Source of the DNA: an uncultured Clostridia bacterium
GTDB lineage: Bacteria > Bacillota > Clostridia > Christensenellales > CAG-314
Direction of reading: 5' to 3'
DNA length: 64,000 nucleotides
NCBI GenBank assembly: GCA_947625725.1
Contig: CANQPI010000007.1
Coordinates: 2,168 to 66,167, forward strand
The first letter of the stretch is position 1, and each line of letters begins with the position of its first letter. The position numbers and the translations under genes are program-made. The notes under the pieces were generated by a model that was not told where the DNA came from, ran no database searches, and worked only from the letters and a program-made list of their open reading frames with translations. This document shows, in pieces, positions 27,290 through 36,284 of the stretch.

Positions 27290-28325
27290 TTGTCAGAGCG
27301 TCTATTTCCTTTTTGAATTGTTCGATTGCCTCGTCTGCATTTACTGTTCTGTAACGTTTGCCGCGCTTGAAAAACACAAATTTTCCGTTTGCGCCAGCAA
27401 GTCCCAAATCGGCGTCGGCGCACTCCCCCGGACCGTTTACTTCGCACCCCATTACGGCAATTTTGACGTTTTTGTCCAAGTTTTTTACGTAGTCGTAAAT
27501 TTCCTTTGCCACGTTTTCGAGGTCGATACTGCACCGCCCGCACTTAGGGCAGGACACGAACGTAACGCCGTCTTTCAAGCCGAGCGATACCAAAATATCC
27601 TTTGCGGCGATCACTTCCTCAACGGGATCTGCCGTCAACGAAACGCGCACGGTATCGCCTATTCCGTCCAAAAGCAACGCGCCGATACCTATCGAATTTT
27701 TTACAATGCCCTGTTTAACCAGCCCCGCCTCGGTAACGCCCAAGTGAACGGGATAGCCGAGTTGAGCGACAAGACGGTTAGTCCGCACCGTTTCCGTCAC
27801 GTCGGTACTCTTGACGGACAGCACTATATCGTCGAAATTGCGACTCTCGAAATATCTGACGTACTCCGTCAAACTTTCGTACATAGCCTGCGCTCTGCTG
27901 CCCGTGCGCGCCAAAACGTCTTTGTTGATTGAACCGCCGTTCACTCCTATGCGAATGGGTATTCGGTGCATTTTGGCGCAATCGATCACGCTGTCCAACT
28001 GCGACAAGGACATATTGCCGGGATTGACGCGTATTTTGTCCGCGCCGTTTTCCGTTGCGGCTATCGCCAGACGATAGTCGAAATGTATGTCGGCGACGAG
28101 AGGCATGTCCGTTTGAGCGCGCACCTGTTTGAAAGCGCGCGCCGCGGCAATATTGGGAACGGCAATGCGCATAATATCGCAACCCGCCTCGCCGCACAAA
28201 GTTATCTGCGCCAGCGTTGCCTCGACGTCGGTCACGGCGATATTTGTCATTGATTGTATCGCAATGGGATTTTGCGCGCCTATTTTTAGATTGCGAACGG
28301 CAATTTCTTTGGTAATTTTTCTCAT
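27279..28325 (-). CDS. ispG: 4-hydroxy-3-methylbut-2-enyl diphosphate synthase (GcpE)
   Basis: Track ORF trimmed to MRKITKEIAVRNLKIGAQNPIAIQSMTN.. (ATG 28325, overlapping the rseP stop). C-terminal Cys cluster ..FVSCPKCGRC... Confidence 0.9.
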   Translation of the reverse strand: MRKITKEIAVRNLKIGAQNPIAIQSMTNIAVTDVEATLAQITLCGEAGCDIMRIAVPNIAAARAFKQVRAQTDMPLVADIHFDYRLAIAATENGADKIRVNPGNMSLSQLDSVIDCAKMHRIPIRIGVNGGSINKDVLARTGSRAQAMYESLTEYVRYFESRNFDDIVLSVKSTDVTETVRTNRLVAQLGYPVHLGVTEAGLVKQGIVKNSIGIGALLLDGIGDTVRVSLTADPVEEVIAAKDILVSLGLKDGVTFVSCPKCGRCSIDLENVAKEIYDYVKNLDKNVKIAVMGCEVNGPGECADADLGLAGANGKFVFFKRGKRYRTVNADEAIEQFKKEIDALTNDN

Positions 28326-29611
28326 AGTTTCAGTATATCCACAAGGAACATCAACAAAATCAACACCACAAAGCCGATACCGTTGATGTAACTTTGCACC
28401 TTTCGGTTGATGGGTTTGCCCGCTATCCATTCGATAATTACGAATATCATCTGGCAACCGTCAAGGGCGGGCACGGGCAGCAAATTGAACACAGCCAAGT
28501 TGACGGAGATCAGCACTATCAACATAAGCACGTTGCCGAAACCCGTCGAAACGATTTGCGTAGTCATTGCTATCGTGGAAATAGGTCCGCTCACGTTCTC
28601 GATACCGACGGCTCCCGTCAGCAAGCCGCCGATCGTGCGCAGAACAAGCATGCCCACTTCGCAACAGTACGGGACGACGCGCAACAGCACTTCGCCGAAC
28701 CCGAATTTGTATTTTGCATATCCGACGGACATACCGATTCCCTCGTAGGGTTGTTCTTCCGCCGCGATAAAACGTTCGAAATCCGCCTTGGATAGCGTGT
28801 AGTCGTAGTATTTTGTGCCGTCGGTCACGGTAAAATTTATCGTTTCGCCCGCATTACGCAACGCGTTTTCGAGGTCGCCCGCTTGACTGAGCAACTTGCC
28901 GTCGATACTGTACAGCACGTCCTGCGCCGCAAGTTTTCGGTCGCCGTTATCGAAATTGCCGTTGACGGCGGTCAAAACAACGGTATAGTACTTGCGTTTG
29001 ACGATGTTTTTGAGTTCCACTTGTTTGTAAACGGTTTTACCGTTTTCCTCTGTCGGGCGCAACACGGTAAAAGTCATGTCGTCGTCGGACAAATAACGCG
29101 AAAGGTCGTCCAACATATAAACGCGCCGACCGTTGACTTTGTAGATCACGTCGCCCGAAAGTAACTGCCGATTGGAAGCGGGAACGTAGTCGTAGACGTT
29201 ATTGACCACGGCGACCGTTTCGCCGTAAGCGGCAAACACGATTATCGCTATCAAAATCGCCGAAACAAAGTTGAACAAAGCCCCCGAAACCAACACTATC
29301 AAACGCTTCCAAGGCTTTTGAGAGTTGAACGCTTTGGGATTTTTGTTGTCCTCGCCCTCGCCCTCGAACGCGCAAAAACCGCCCAGCGGCAAAAGACGCA
29401 AAGAAAAAACCTCGCCGTTTTTCTTTGTTTTGGAAAATATTTTCGGTCCCATGCCGACGGAAAATTCCGATATTTTGAAACCGAGTATTTTTCCTGCCGT
29501 GTAGTGTCCCGTTTCGTGGATAAGCACCATTACCATCAACACTACAAACGCCAGCAGTACGTAGCCTATCGTCTTGAATACCGAGGCTGCGTCGCAAATG
29601 AGATTCAGCAT
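28322..29611 (-). CDS. rseP: RIP metalloprotease RseP/RasP (site-2 protease, M50)
   Basis: 429-aa ORF with the HETGHY zinc motif, a PDZ-like middle region, and NLLPVPALDG. Confidence 0.9.
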   Translation of the reverse strand: MLNLICDAASVFKTIGYVLLAFVVLMVMVLIHETGHYTAGKILGFKISEFSVGMGPKIFSKTKKNGEVFSLRLLPLGGFCAFEGEGEDNKNPKAFNSQKPWKRLIVLVSGALFNFVSAILIAIIVFAAYGETVAVVNNVYDYVPASNRQLLSGDVIYKVNGRRVYMLDDLSRYLSDDDMTFTVLRPTEENGKTVYKQVELKNIVKRKYYTVVLTAVNGNFDNGDRKLAAQDVLYSIDGKLLSQAGDLENALRNAGETINFTVTDGTKYYDYTLSKADFERFIAAEEQPYEGIGMSVGYAKYKFGFGEVLLRVVPYCCEVGMLVLRTIGGLLTGAVGIENVSGPISTIAMTTQIVSTGFGNVLMLIVLISVNLAVFNLLPVPALDGCQMIFVIIEWIAGKPINRKVQSYINGIGFVVLILLMFLVDILKL

Positions 29612-30705
29612 AACTCTCCGTCCAATAGCCGTTTTACGTAAGTTTTTGTTTCCGCTTCGAAACGTCGGATATTTTCAACGCTCAACTCGACGTTTTGCGC
29701 CCTTTGTCCGAAAGCGTCCACCGCATTTTGTATTATACTGTCAAAACGCACAAAAGAAAACTTTCCCTGCAAAAAACTTTCCACGCAAACGTCGTTTGCC
29801 GAGTTCATAACCGTTCTGCAAAGAGGCGGGTAGCGCATTATTTTGTATCCCCACTCCGCGCAGGGGAATTTGGCAAAGTTCGGCTTGTCGAAAGTGAGTT
29901 GAAGAAAATCGGCAAAGTTGATTTTGTCGCAGGAATAACTCCCGCTCTCCCCCAGCAAAGCGATCTGAATAGGCAAACGCATATCGGGCATTGCAAGTTG
30001 CGCGACCACTTCGCCGTCGGCAAACTGTACCATAGAGTGAACGACGCTTTGTTGGTGCAACACTATCTGTATGTTCGTTACAGGCACGGAAAACAAAAAA
30101 CTCGCCTCGATCACCTCTAACGCTTTGTTCATCATAGTTGCGCTATCCACGCAAATTTTCGACCCCATGTGCCAATTTGGGTGTTTCAAAGCGTCCTGCG
30201 CGGTAACGCGCGAAAGTTCCTCGACGGGCGCGTCGGCAAACGGACCGCCGCTTGCGGTGAGCAAAATTTTGTCAACGTCGCTCCGCTTGCGCCCCGACAG
30301 ACATTGAGAAATAGCGCAATGTTCGCTGTCAACGGGTATCAACTTGGCTTTGCCTGCTTTTTGCATGATAAGTTCGCCCGCGCAAACAAGTGTTTCCTTG
30401 TTGGCGAGCGCAACGTCGATACCGTTTTTCAGACAATAAAGAACGGCGTCGATAGCCACCGTTCCTCGCGTAGCCACTACCGCAACGTCGCAATTTTGTA
30501 CTGCCGAAACAAGACAGTCCTTGCCGTCGCGAGCGATCAAAGCGGTATATTCGGGCGCAAATTCTTTCGCCTGAGCGGCAAGTTTGGAGTCGTCGGAAAA
30601 AGCGACAAGCGAAACCGCTTTCAACTTGTCGGCGTTTTGTCTGACTATATCCAAAGTTTGCGTACCTATCGAGCCGGTACTGCCGAGTATTGCGATTTTT
30701 TTCAT
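29605..30705 (-). CDS. dxr: 1-deoxy-D-xylulose-5-phosphate reductoisomerase
   Basis: 366-aa ORF with ILGSTGSIGTQTLD and ..LIPVDSEH... Confidence 0.95.
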   Translation of the reverse strand: MKKIAILGSTGSIGTQTLDIVRQNADKLKAVSLVAFSDDSKLAAQAKEFAPEYTALIARDGKDCLVSAVQNCDVAVVATRGTVAIDAVLYCLKNGIDVALANKETLVCAGELIMQKAGKAKLIPVDSEHCAISQCLSGRKRSDVDKILLTASGGPFADAPVEELSRVTAQDALKHPNWHMGSKICVDSATMMNKALEVIEASFLFSVPVTNIQIVLHQQSVVHSMVQFADGEVVAQLAMPDMRLPIQIALLGESGSYSCDKINFADFLQLTFDKPNFAKFPCAEWGYKIMRYPPLCRTVMNSANDVCVESFLQGKFSFVRFDSIIQNAVDAFGQRAQNVELSVENIRRFEAETKTYVKRLLDGELC

Positions 30706-31766
30706 TACAAAATAAACATAAACACAAACGACACAAATACCGAATTGAGCATAATTCCGTCAAAACGGTCGATTATGCCGCCGTGTTCGCCCAAAAGTCT
30801 GCTGTAATCTTTTATTCCGCAGTAGCGTTTGACCATGCTGGCAAGCAGATCGCCTATCTGAGTAACTACCGAGCCCAACAAACCTATGATGACGTAAGTG
30901 AACACCGTGTTGAACGTTGACAAGCCCAAGCCCTCGAACGTCAATCCGAACTGCGCTCCGTAACCGAAAAAGTGCGTCAAGTCAAATATGACATACACCA
31001 AAAACGACCCCAACGCTCCGCCGAAAATGCCACCGATAGCCCCCTCCACCGTTTTGTTGGGAGAAATATGCGGGCAAAGTTTGTGCTTGCCGAACAAGCC
31101 GCCCACAAAGTAGGCGAACATATCGGTAAAAGTTGACACCGCAAACACAAAGGATAGCGCGATAGCGTTGAGCGGCAACAAATAACTTTGCCGAGAAAAT
31201 GGATGTATTTTGAGTTGTCCGAAAACGTCGTTTATGTAATACCAGATGTCCGCTTCCAGATAGGGATACATCTTGTTTGTCGCCGAGTCGAGAGTCAGTT
31301 CGAGATGCGTGTTTGCGCTGCGGTTGAGATACAACAACGTTGCCATGAACAGACCGGGGTACACCAACATAAACGCTATGTATATCAAACTGTCCGCACG
31401 GTTGCGAACAAGCGCGGTTATCACCGACGTTATGAACACTATCAACGAAAAGAACAGTATCCCCACAAAACCGAACAGGACGTAGGCGGGCATCAAGCCA
31501 ATGCCGTACAGCCACAGCAACCAACTGAAACAGTTCGGGATACGCTCCGTACCGAGAGCGCGGCGCATCTCTATGACGGACAGCAAAATGAGCGCGCCTA
31601 TCAAAAACGAATTTATCGCCCTGCCGCTGACAAAGCCGCGCCAAGTTCCTGCGTCTTGGGCATAGTTCGGCAAAAATATGTTCAACAGTATCATGCCGAT
31701 CATAATTATAAAAATCACAATGCCCACCAAAACGCGGTTGAGCAATGATTTTTTATTCAGAGCCAT
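30705..31766 (-). CDS. cdsA: Phosphatidate cytidylyltransferase (long form)
   Basis: 353-aa ORF with the C-terminal CDS signature SMVKRYCGIKDYSRLLGEHGGIIDRFDG. Longer than the usual 260-290 aa. Confidence 0.85.
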   Translation of the reverse strand: MALNKKSLLNRVLVGIVIFIIMIGMILLNIFLPNYAQDAGTWRGFVSGRAINSFLIGALILLSVIEMRRALGTERIPNCFSWLLWLYGIGLMPAYVLFGFVGILFFSLIVFITSVITALVRNRADSLIYIAFMLVYPGLFMATLLYLNRSANTHLELTLDSATNKMYPYLEADIWYYINDVFGQLKIHPFSRQSYLLPLNAIALSFVFAVSTFTDMFAYFVGGLFGKHKLCPHISPNKTVEGAIGGIFGGALGSFLVYVIFDLTHFFGYGAQFGLTFEGLGLSTFNTVFTYVIIGLLGSVVTQIGDLLASMVKRYCGIKDYSRLLGEHGGIIDRFDGIMLNSVFVSFVFMFIL

Positions 31767-32436
31767 TTATTCCTCCGTAATTGCGCGCGCGCCGTCTGTA
31801 ATCGTCGATAATTTCGTCGTACTCGCGCGGCGTAAAATCCGGCCACAAAGTATCGGTGAAATACAACTCGGTGTACGCGCTTTGAAACAGCAGAAAGTTG
31901 GACAGACGTTTTTGTCCGCCTGTACGTATTATCAAATCGGGGTCGGGCAACCTTTGATAAAGGTTTTGTTCGATACCTTCCGCCGTGATTTCCTTTCCCT
32001 GACGGTTGAGTTTTTTTACCGCCTCGACGATTTCCCTCTGTCCGCCGTAATTGATACAAAGATTGACGCAAATCGCGTCGAAACTTTGCGTAAGTTTTTC
32101 GATACGATCTATTTTTTTGACAAGTCCGTCGGGCAAGCCCTCGCGCTCTCCCGATACCACCACTCGCACCCTGTCTTTGCAAAACTTTTCAAAGCGGCTC
32201 AAATACCTGTCGGCAAGCGCAAAAAGATTGTTTACCTCGGACGCGGGGCGTTTCCAATTTTCGGTGCTGAACACAAACAGCGACAGATACCTCACACCTA
32301 CTTGCAGCGAGCGATCTATTATTTGTTCGGCAACGTCCAAACCGCGTTTGTGACCGTGCAATCGGGCAAGTCCTTGCGCCTTTGCCCAACGTCCGTTGCC
32401 GTCCATTATGATTGCTATGTGTGCGGGATCGTTCAT
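31753..32436 (-). CDS. uppS: Undecaprenyl diphosphate synthase
   Basis: Track TTG start trimmed to ATG 32436 (MNDPAHIAIIMDGNGRWA..). Classic cis-prenyltransferase motifs. Confidence 0.95.
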   Translation of the reverse strand: MNDPAHIAIIMDGNGRWAKAQGLARLHGHKRGLDVAEQIIDRSLQVGVRYLSLFVFSTENWKRPASEVNNLFALADRYLSRFEKFCKDRVRVVVSGEREGLPDGLVKKIDRIEKLTQSFDAICVNLCINYGGQREIVEAVKKLNRQGKEITAEGIEQNLYQRLPDPDLIIRTGGQKRLSNFLLFQSAYTELYFTDTLWPDFTPREYDEIIDDYRRRARNYGGINGSE

Positions 32437-32633
32437 CAAACCTCAAATTTGTAACGGCAAACGATCAATTCCAATCCTGCGTCCGACGAACGCACCGCCG
32501 TTACCAACTCCCTGTCAAAATTTTGTTGTTTTCTGTCTACATAATAAACAAACTTGAAGTTTGTTATACCCTGCCTACGCAATACGTCTTGGGCTTGGCA
32601 AACTTCAAGTCCGATCAAATCGTTGAAATTCAT
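32436..32633 (-). CDS. Hypothetical 65-aa protein (PASTA-like pattern by eye), coupled between frr and uppS
   Basis: ORF MNFNDLIGLEVCQAQDVLRRQGITNFKFVYYVDRKQQNFDRELVTAVRSSDAGLELIVCRYKFEV. It starts 6 nt after the frr stop with no SD, and its stop overlaps the uppS ATG (TGATG). No homology search was done. Confidence 0.4.
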   Translation of the reverse strand: MNFNDLIGLEVCQAQDVLRRQGITNFKFVYYVDRKQQNFDRELVTAVRSSDAGLELIVCRYKFEV

Positions 32634-32639
32634 TTCGAA

Positions 32640-33215
32640 CTAAACGGACATCACGTCTGTTTCTTTGTCACGGGCAAGTTTGTCTACCGATTCGATTTGT
32701 TTGGACAGCGACTTGTCTATTTGTTCCTCGTAATCGGCAATGATATCTTCCGATACGGTTTTGGCGTTCTTTTCCTTTTTGAGTCCGTCCATAGCGTCCC
32801 TGCGCGCGTTGCGCAACACCACTTTGGTATCCTCAGCCAACTTTTTGACCTGTTTTACAAGTTCCTTGCGGCGTTCCTCCGTCAGCACGGGGAAAGTCAA
32901 CCTTATGAGCGTGCCGTCGTTTTGGGGCGTAACGCCGATATTGGCAGCCAAAATCGCCTTTTCGATTTCTTTGAGAGAAGATTTGTCCCAAGGCGTAATC
33001 ACCAGACATCTCGGCTCGGGAATGGAAATGTTGCCCATCATTTTGATTGGCGTGGGAGTTCCGTAGTAGTTTACGCGAATACTCTCCACCAATTTGGGAT
33101 TTGCTCTGCCTGCGCGCATAAGGTTGTATTCGTTTTTCATATAGTCGATTGCTTTTTCGCAATCCATGTCGAAACTCAAAAATATTTCTTCGATTTGCGG
33201 TGTAGCGTAATCCAT
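32640..33215 (-). CDS. frr: Ribosome recycling factor
   Basis: Track ORF trimmed to MDYATPQIEE.. (ATG 33215). The upstream ATG lies inside the GGAGG RBS. Confidence 0.95.
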   Translation of the reverse strand: MDYATPQIEEIFLSFDMDCEKAIDYMKNEYNLMRAGRANPKLVESIRVNYYGTPTPIKMMGNISIPEPRCLVITPWDKSSLKEIEKAILAANIGVTPQNDGTLIRLTFPVLTEERRKELVKQVKKLAEDTKVVLRNARRDAMDGLKKEKNAKTVSEDIIADYEEQIDKSLSKQIESVDKLARDKETDVMSV

Positions 33216-33275
33216 AACACCCTCCATATAGTATATTGTAATTATTTTACAACAAATGCAAATTTAATTCAATAG

Positions 33276-33974
33276 TTATTTGATTATTGTGCCGAGTTTT
33301 TCGCCGCGAAGGACGCGCAACACGCCGTCGGGCTCGTCCTTGCCGATAGTTATCACCTTTACTCCGAACTCCCTGCACATGGCTATCGCGGTAAGATCCA
33401 ACGCTTTGAGGTCGTCGGCGATCACTTTGTCGTAGGAAATTTCCTCAAACTTTTTCGCCCGAGGATTTGTTTTGGGGTCGCTGTCGTAGATCCCGTCCAC
33501 CGCTTTGAGGCAGACGAGCGCATCGGCGTGTATCTCGCACGCGCGGAGCGACGCCGCAGTATCCGTCGAAAAGTACGGCGAACCCGTCCCGCCCACGAAA
33601 ATGACCACTTTGCCCTCGTCGAGATACCTGTTGACGTTGGGCAAAAAGTAGGTTTCGGCAACTTTGTCTATTGCAAAGGACGAAACGACTCTGTTGTCCA
33701 CTCCGCAAACGTTGAGCGATTCGCCGAGAGCCAACCCGTTCATAACGGTAGCCAGCATGCCTATGTAGTCCGCCGTGGCTCTGTCCATAGAGTCGTTCGT
33801 TCTGCCGCGCCAGATGTTGCCGCCGCCCACCACAACGCCCAAACCAACGCCCGTGGCGACGATTTGAGCAATTTGTTTTGACAACTTGTCAACGCTTGCG
33901 TCGTGTATGTTCGCGTTTCCGTCCGAAAGCGCCTCGCCGCTGATTTTGAGTAAGATACGTTTGTATTTTGGCAT
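33276..33974 (-). CDS. pyrH: UMP kinase
   Basis: Track ORF trimmed to MPKYKRILLKISGEAL.. (ATG 33974, GAGGAA RBS). Confidence 0.95.
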   Translation of the reverse strand: MPKYKRILLKISGEALSDGNANIHDASVDKLSKQIAQIVATGVGLGVVVGGGNIWRGRTNDSMDRATADYIGMLATVMNGLALGESLNVCGVDNRVVSSFAIDKVAETYFLPNVNRYLDEGKVVIFVGGTGSPYFSTDTAASLRACEIHADALVCLKAVDGIYDSDPKTNPRAKKFEEISYDKVIADDLKALDLTAIAMCREFGVKVITIGKDEPDGVLRVLRGEKLGTIIK

Positions 33975-33998
33975 AGTTTCCTCACAAAACGATTTTGC

Positions 33999-34032
33999 AA
34001 AAAAGGGAACAAGCAAAAAACTGTTGTTCCCT
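33999..34032 (-). terminator. Hairpin plus U-tract between tsf and pyrH (terminator/attenuator)
   Basis: Reverse strand reads GGGAACAA-loop-UUGUUCCC followed by UUUUUU. Confidence 0.55.
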
Positions 34033-34047
34033 TTGTCTGTTCGAATA

Positions 34048-34980
34048 TTACTTGATACTTTTGAGTTGCTCGGCAATCTCGTCTACAAAGTTGTCAACGC
34101 GCTTTTCGATACCTTCGCCCATTTCGTAGCGAACAAATCTCGTAACGGTAATGGCGTGACCCGTTTTCTTGGCGACGTCGGCAATGACCTGTTTGACGGA
34201 GAACGCGGGATCGCGAACGTATTCCTGCTCCAACAGGCAAACTTCCTTGTAGTACTTGTGGATACGTCCTTCCACCATTTTTTCGATAATGGCTTCGTTC
34301 TTGCCCTCGTTGCGAGCCTGAACGGACAGTATTTCCTTTTCCTGCTCCAACTGAGAGGCGTCCACGTCGGCAATGTTGATAACTTGCGGTTTGCTGGCGG
34401 CAATTTGCATGCACACGTTGAAAGCAAGTTCGGCAATGTCGTCCTGAGCGGCGTCGCTGACGAATTCCGCCAAAACGCCGATTTTGCCGCCCATGTGAAT
34501 GTAACTCGAAACAAGTCCGTTGCCGTCAAGGGTAAATTTGGTAAATCTGCGCAGAGAAAGTTTTTCGCCGATAGCCGCAGTCGCTTCCGCGATCAAAACG
34601 TTGACGGTCTTGCCGCAATCTTTGCAGCAAACTTCTTCGAGTACTTGCTCTACCGTCGTGGCGTCCGACGTCAAAAGGTGATTGGCGATCGCGTCCACAA
34701 GTTCCACAAACTGATCGCTGCGCGCGACGAAGTCCGTTTCGCAGTTTACTTCTACCGCAACGCCCGTCTTTCTGTCCGACGAAATCACGCACTTTACCAA
34801 GCCTTCCGCGGCAACGCGGCCGGCTTTTTTGGCGGCGGAAGCCATACCCTTTTCGCGAAGGTACTTTATCGCTTCGTCAAAGTTGCCGTCGGTGGCGACG
34901 AGCGCTTTTTTGCAGTCCATCATGCCGACGCCTGTTTGTTCGCGGAGTTTCATAATATCTTGGTTTGTAAAATTAGCCAT
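34048..34980 (-). CDS. tsf: Elongation factor Ts
   Basis: 310-aa ORF with ..[16 protein letters not shown]... Confidence 0.95.
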   Translation of the reverse strand: MANFTNQDIMKLREQTGVGMMDCKKALVATDGNFDEAIKYLREKGMASAAKKAGRVAAEGLVKCVISSDRKTGVAVEVNCETDFVARSDQFVELVDAIANHLLTSDATTVEQVLEEVCCKDCGKTVNVLIAEATAAIGEKLSLRRFTKFTLDGNGLVSSYIHMGGKIGVLAEFVSDAAQDDIAELAFNVCMQIAASKPQVINIADVDASQLEQEKEILSVQARNEGKNEAIIEKMVEGRIHKYYKEVCLLEQEYVRDPAFSVKQVIADVAKKTGHAITVTRFVRYEMGEGIEKRVDNFVDEIAEQLKSIK

Positions 34981-35737
34981 TGTCAGTTTCCTCCTCGGGT
35001 TGAATTTCTTCCGTCTTGACGGGTTCGTCCTCGTCCTCGGGCGCGCTCATAACGATACCTTCCTTAGCCTCGATAACCGCTCCGGAAATGATGGACGCAA
35101 TAACTTTGATCGCGCCGATAGCGTCGTCGTTGGCGGGGATAACTACGTCAACTTGGTCGGGATCGCAGTTTGTATCGACGATAGCGACGATGGGAATGTT
35201 GAGGGAGTGAGCCTCCGCAACCGCAATCGCTTCCATCTTGGGGTCTACTATGAAAAGACAACCGGGCATACCCTTCATATCCTTGATACCGCCGAGGTTG
35301 GCTTCCAACTTGTCGCGCTCCTCCAACAGTTTAGCCACTTCTTTCTTGGGCAAAACGTCCAACTCGCCCAACTTTTCCATTTGGTTAAGTTGATGCAGAC
35401 GGTCGATACGCGACTTGATGGTCTTGTAGTTGGTGAGCGTGCCGCCCAGCCAACGGTTGTTTACGTAGTACATTCCGCAACGCTCCGCCTCTGTCTTGAT
35501 GGCGTCCTGCGCTTGCTTTTTGGTGCCGACAAACAAAATGGGCTTGCCTTCCGCAGCAATGTCGCGAACGAATTTGTACGCAACCTCCGCTTGGGCTACC
35601 GTTTGTTGAAGGTCAATGATGTGTATATCGTTACGCTCGGTGTAGATATACTTTTTCATTTTGGGGTTCCATCTTCTGGTTTGGTGTCCAAAGTGAACGC
35701 CCGCTTCCAAAAGTTGTTTCATTGATACAACTGCCAT
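34973..35737 (-). CDS. rpsB: 30S ribosomal protein S2
   Basis: 254-aa ORF with ..[19 protein letters not shown].. AAGGAG RBS. Confidence 0.95.
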   Translation of the reverse strand: MAVVSMKQLLEAGVHFGHQTRRWNPKMKKYIYTERNDIHIIDLQQTVAQAEVAYKFVRDIAAEGKPILFVGTKKQAQDAIKTEAERCGMYYVNNRWLGGTLTNYKTIKSRIDRLHQLNQMEKLGELDVLPKKEVAKLLEERDKLEANLGGIKDMKGMPGCLFIVDPKMEAIAVAEAHSLNIPIVAIVDTNCDPDQVDVVIPANDDAIGAIKVIASIISGAVIEAKEGIVMSAPEDEDEPVKTEEIQPEEETDNG

Positions 35738-35859
35738 TTTTCCAATTCTCCTTTTTTTGTTGTTTTTAACCTCTTTGCGCCGTCAACTCCGCCCGCAACC
35801 GAGAGGCAAACCTCGGCACAACGAACAAATCTTGCGCAAATGCGAATTAAACCTTGTAA

Positions 35860-35888
35860 ATTATAGCACAAGCGCCTGTATTTTGCAA
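35860..35888 (-). promoter_or_regulatory. Strong sigma-A-type promoter for rpsB-tsf (TTGCAA-17-TATAAT with TG extension)
   Basis: On the reverse strand, -35 TTGCAA is at 35888-83 and -10 TATAAT at 35865-60, with a 17-nt spacer ending in TGC. This leaves a leader of about 115 nt. Confidence 0.55.
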
Positions 35889-36043
35889 TCAAAAAACAGG
35901 CACTTTTTATTTATTATATTTAGATATTTTTCCGCAGGACAGGCTTGTTGCGCGCTTGGCGGGCGACTCGGGTCGGCAAGCGTAGCAATGGCAACGCAAA
36001 CCAACGCCAACAAAACAATTACAAATATTCGTGAATTTTTCAT
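35861..36043 (-). CDS. Candidate 60-aa secreted Cys-containing peptide (speculative)
   Basis: ORF MKNSRIFVIVLLALVCVAIATLA/DPSRPPSAQQACPAEKYLNIINKKCLFFDCKIQALVL. GGGGAG RBS 7 nt before the ATG, with its own upstream promoter. The 3' end overlaps the rpsB promoter, which weakens the call. Confidence 0.3.
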   Translation of the reverse strand: MKNSRIFVIVLLALVCVAIATLADPSRPPSAQQACPAEKYLNIINKKCLFFDCKIQALVL

Positions 36044-36074
36044 AAGAAATCTCCCCTGTTTTGTATATAAATAT

Positions 36075-36104
36075 AATATAGCCCCCCCCCTCGCCGATTG
36101 TCAA
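36075..36104 (-). promoter_or_regulatory. Promoter candidate TTGACA-18-TATATT whose spacer contains a G9 run
   Basis: On the reverse strand, -35 TTGACA is at 36104-36099 and -10 TATATT at 36080-75. The 18-nt spacer is ATCGGCGAGGGGGGGGGC. Confidence 0.45.
36082..36090. repeat. Homopolymer C9 (G9 on the coding-sense strand)
   Basis: Direct count of nine consecutive C at 36082-36090. I did not notice a longer G/C homopolymer elsewhere in the window. Confidence 0.95.
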
Positions 36105-36216
36105 CAAGGGGAAGCAAAATTGTAGAGCGAATTTTTGAAAAAAACAAAAATTCAAAGAAATTATGCCGCCAATTGCCCCGCTTTCGCCGCCGAAAGCAGA
36201 AAGCCCCGACACAAAC

Positions 36217-36254
36217 AAAAAAAATACTCCCCGTTGCAAAATTGCAACAGGGAG
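36217..36254 (-). terminator. Rho-independent terminator after the DUF1292 gene
   Basis: On the reverse strand, a 13-bp stem CUCCCUGUUGCAA/UUGCAACGGGGAG is followed by UAUUUUUUUU. Confidence 0.8.
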
Positions 36255-36284
36255 CATTGGTCGGAAAATTTACCGCGCCGCGTG

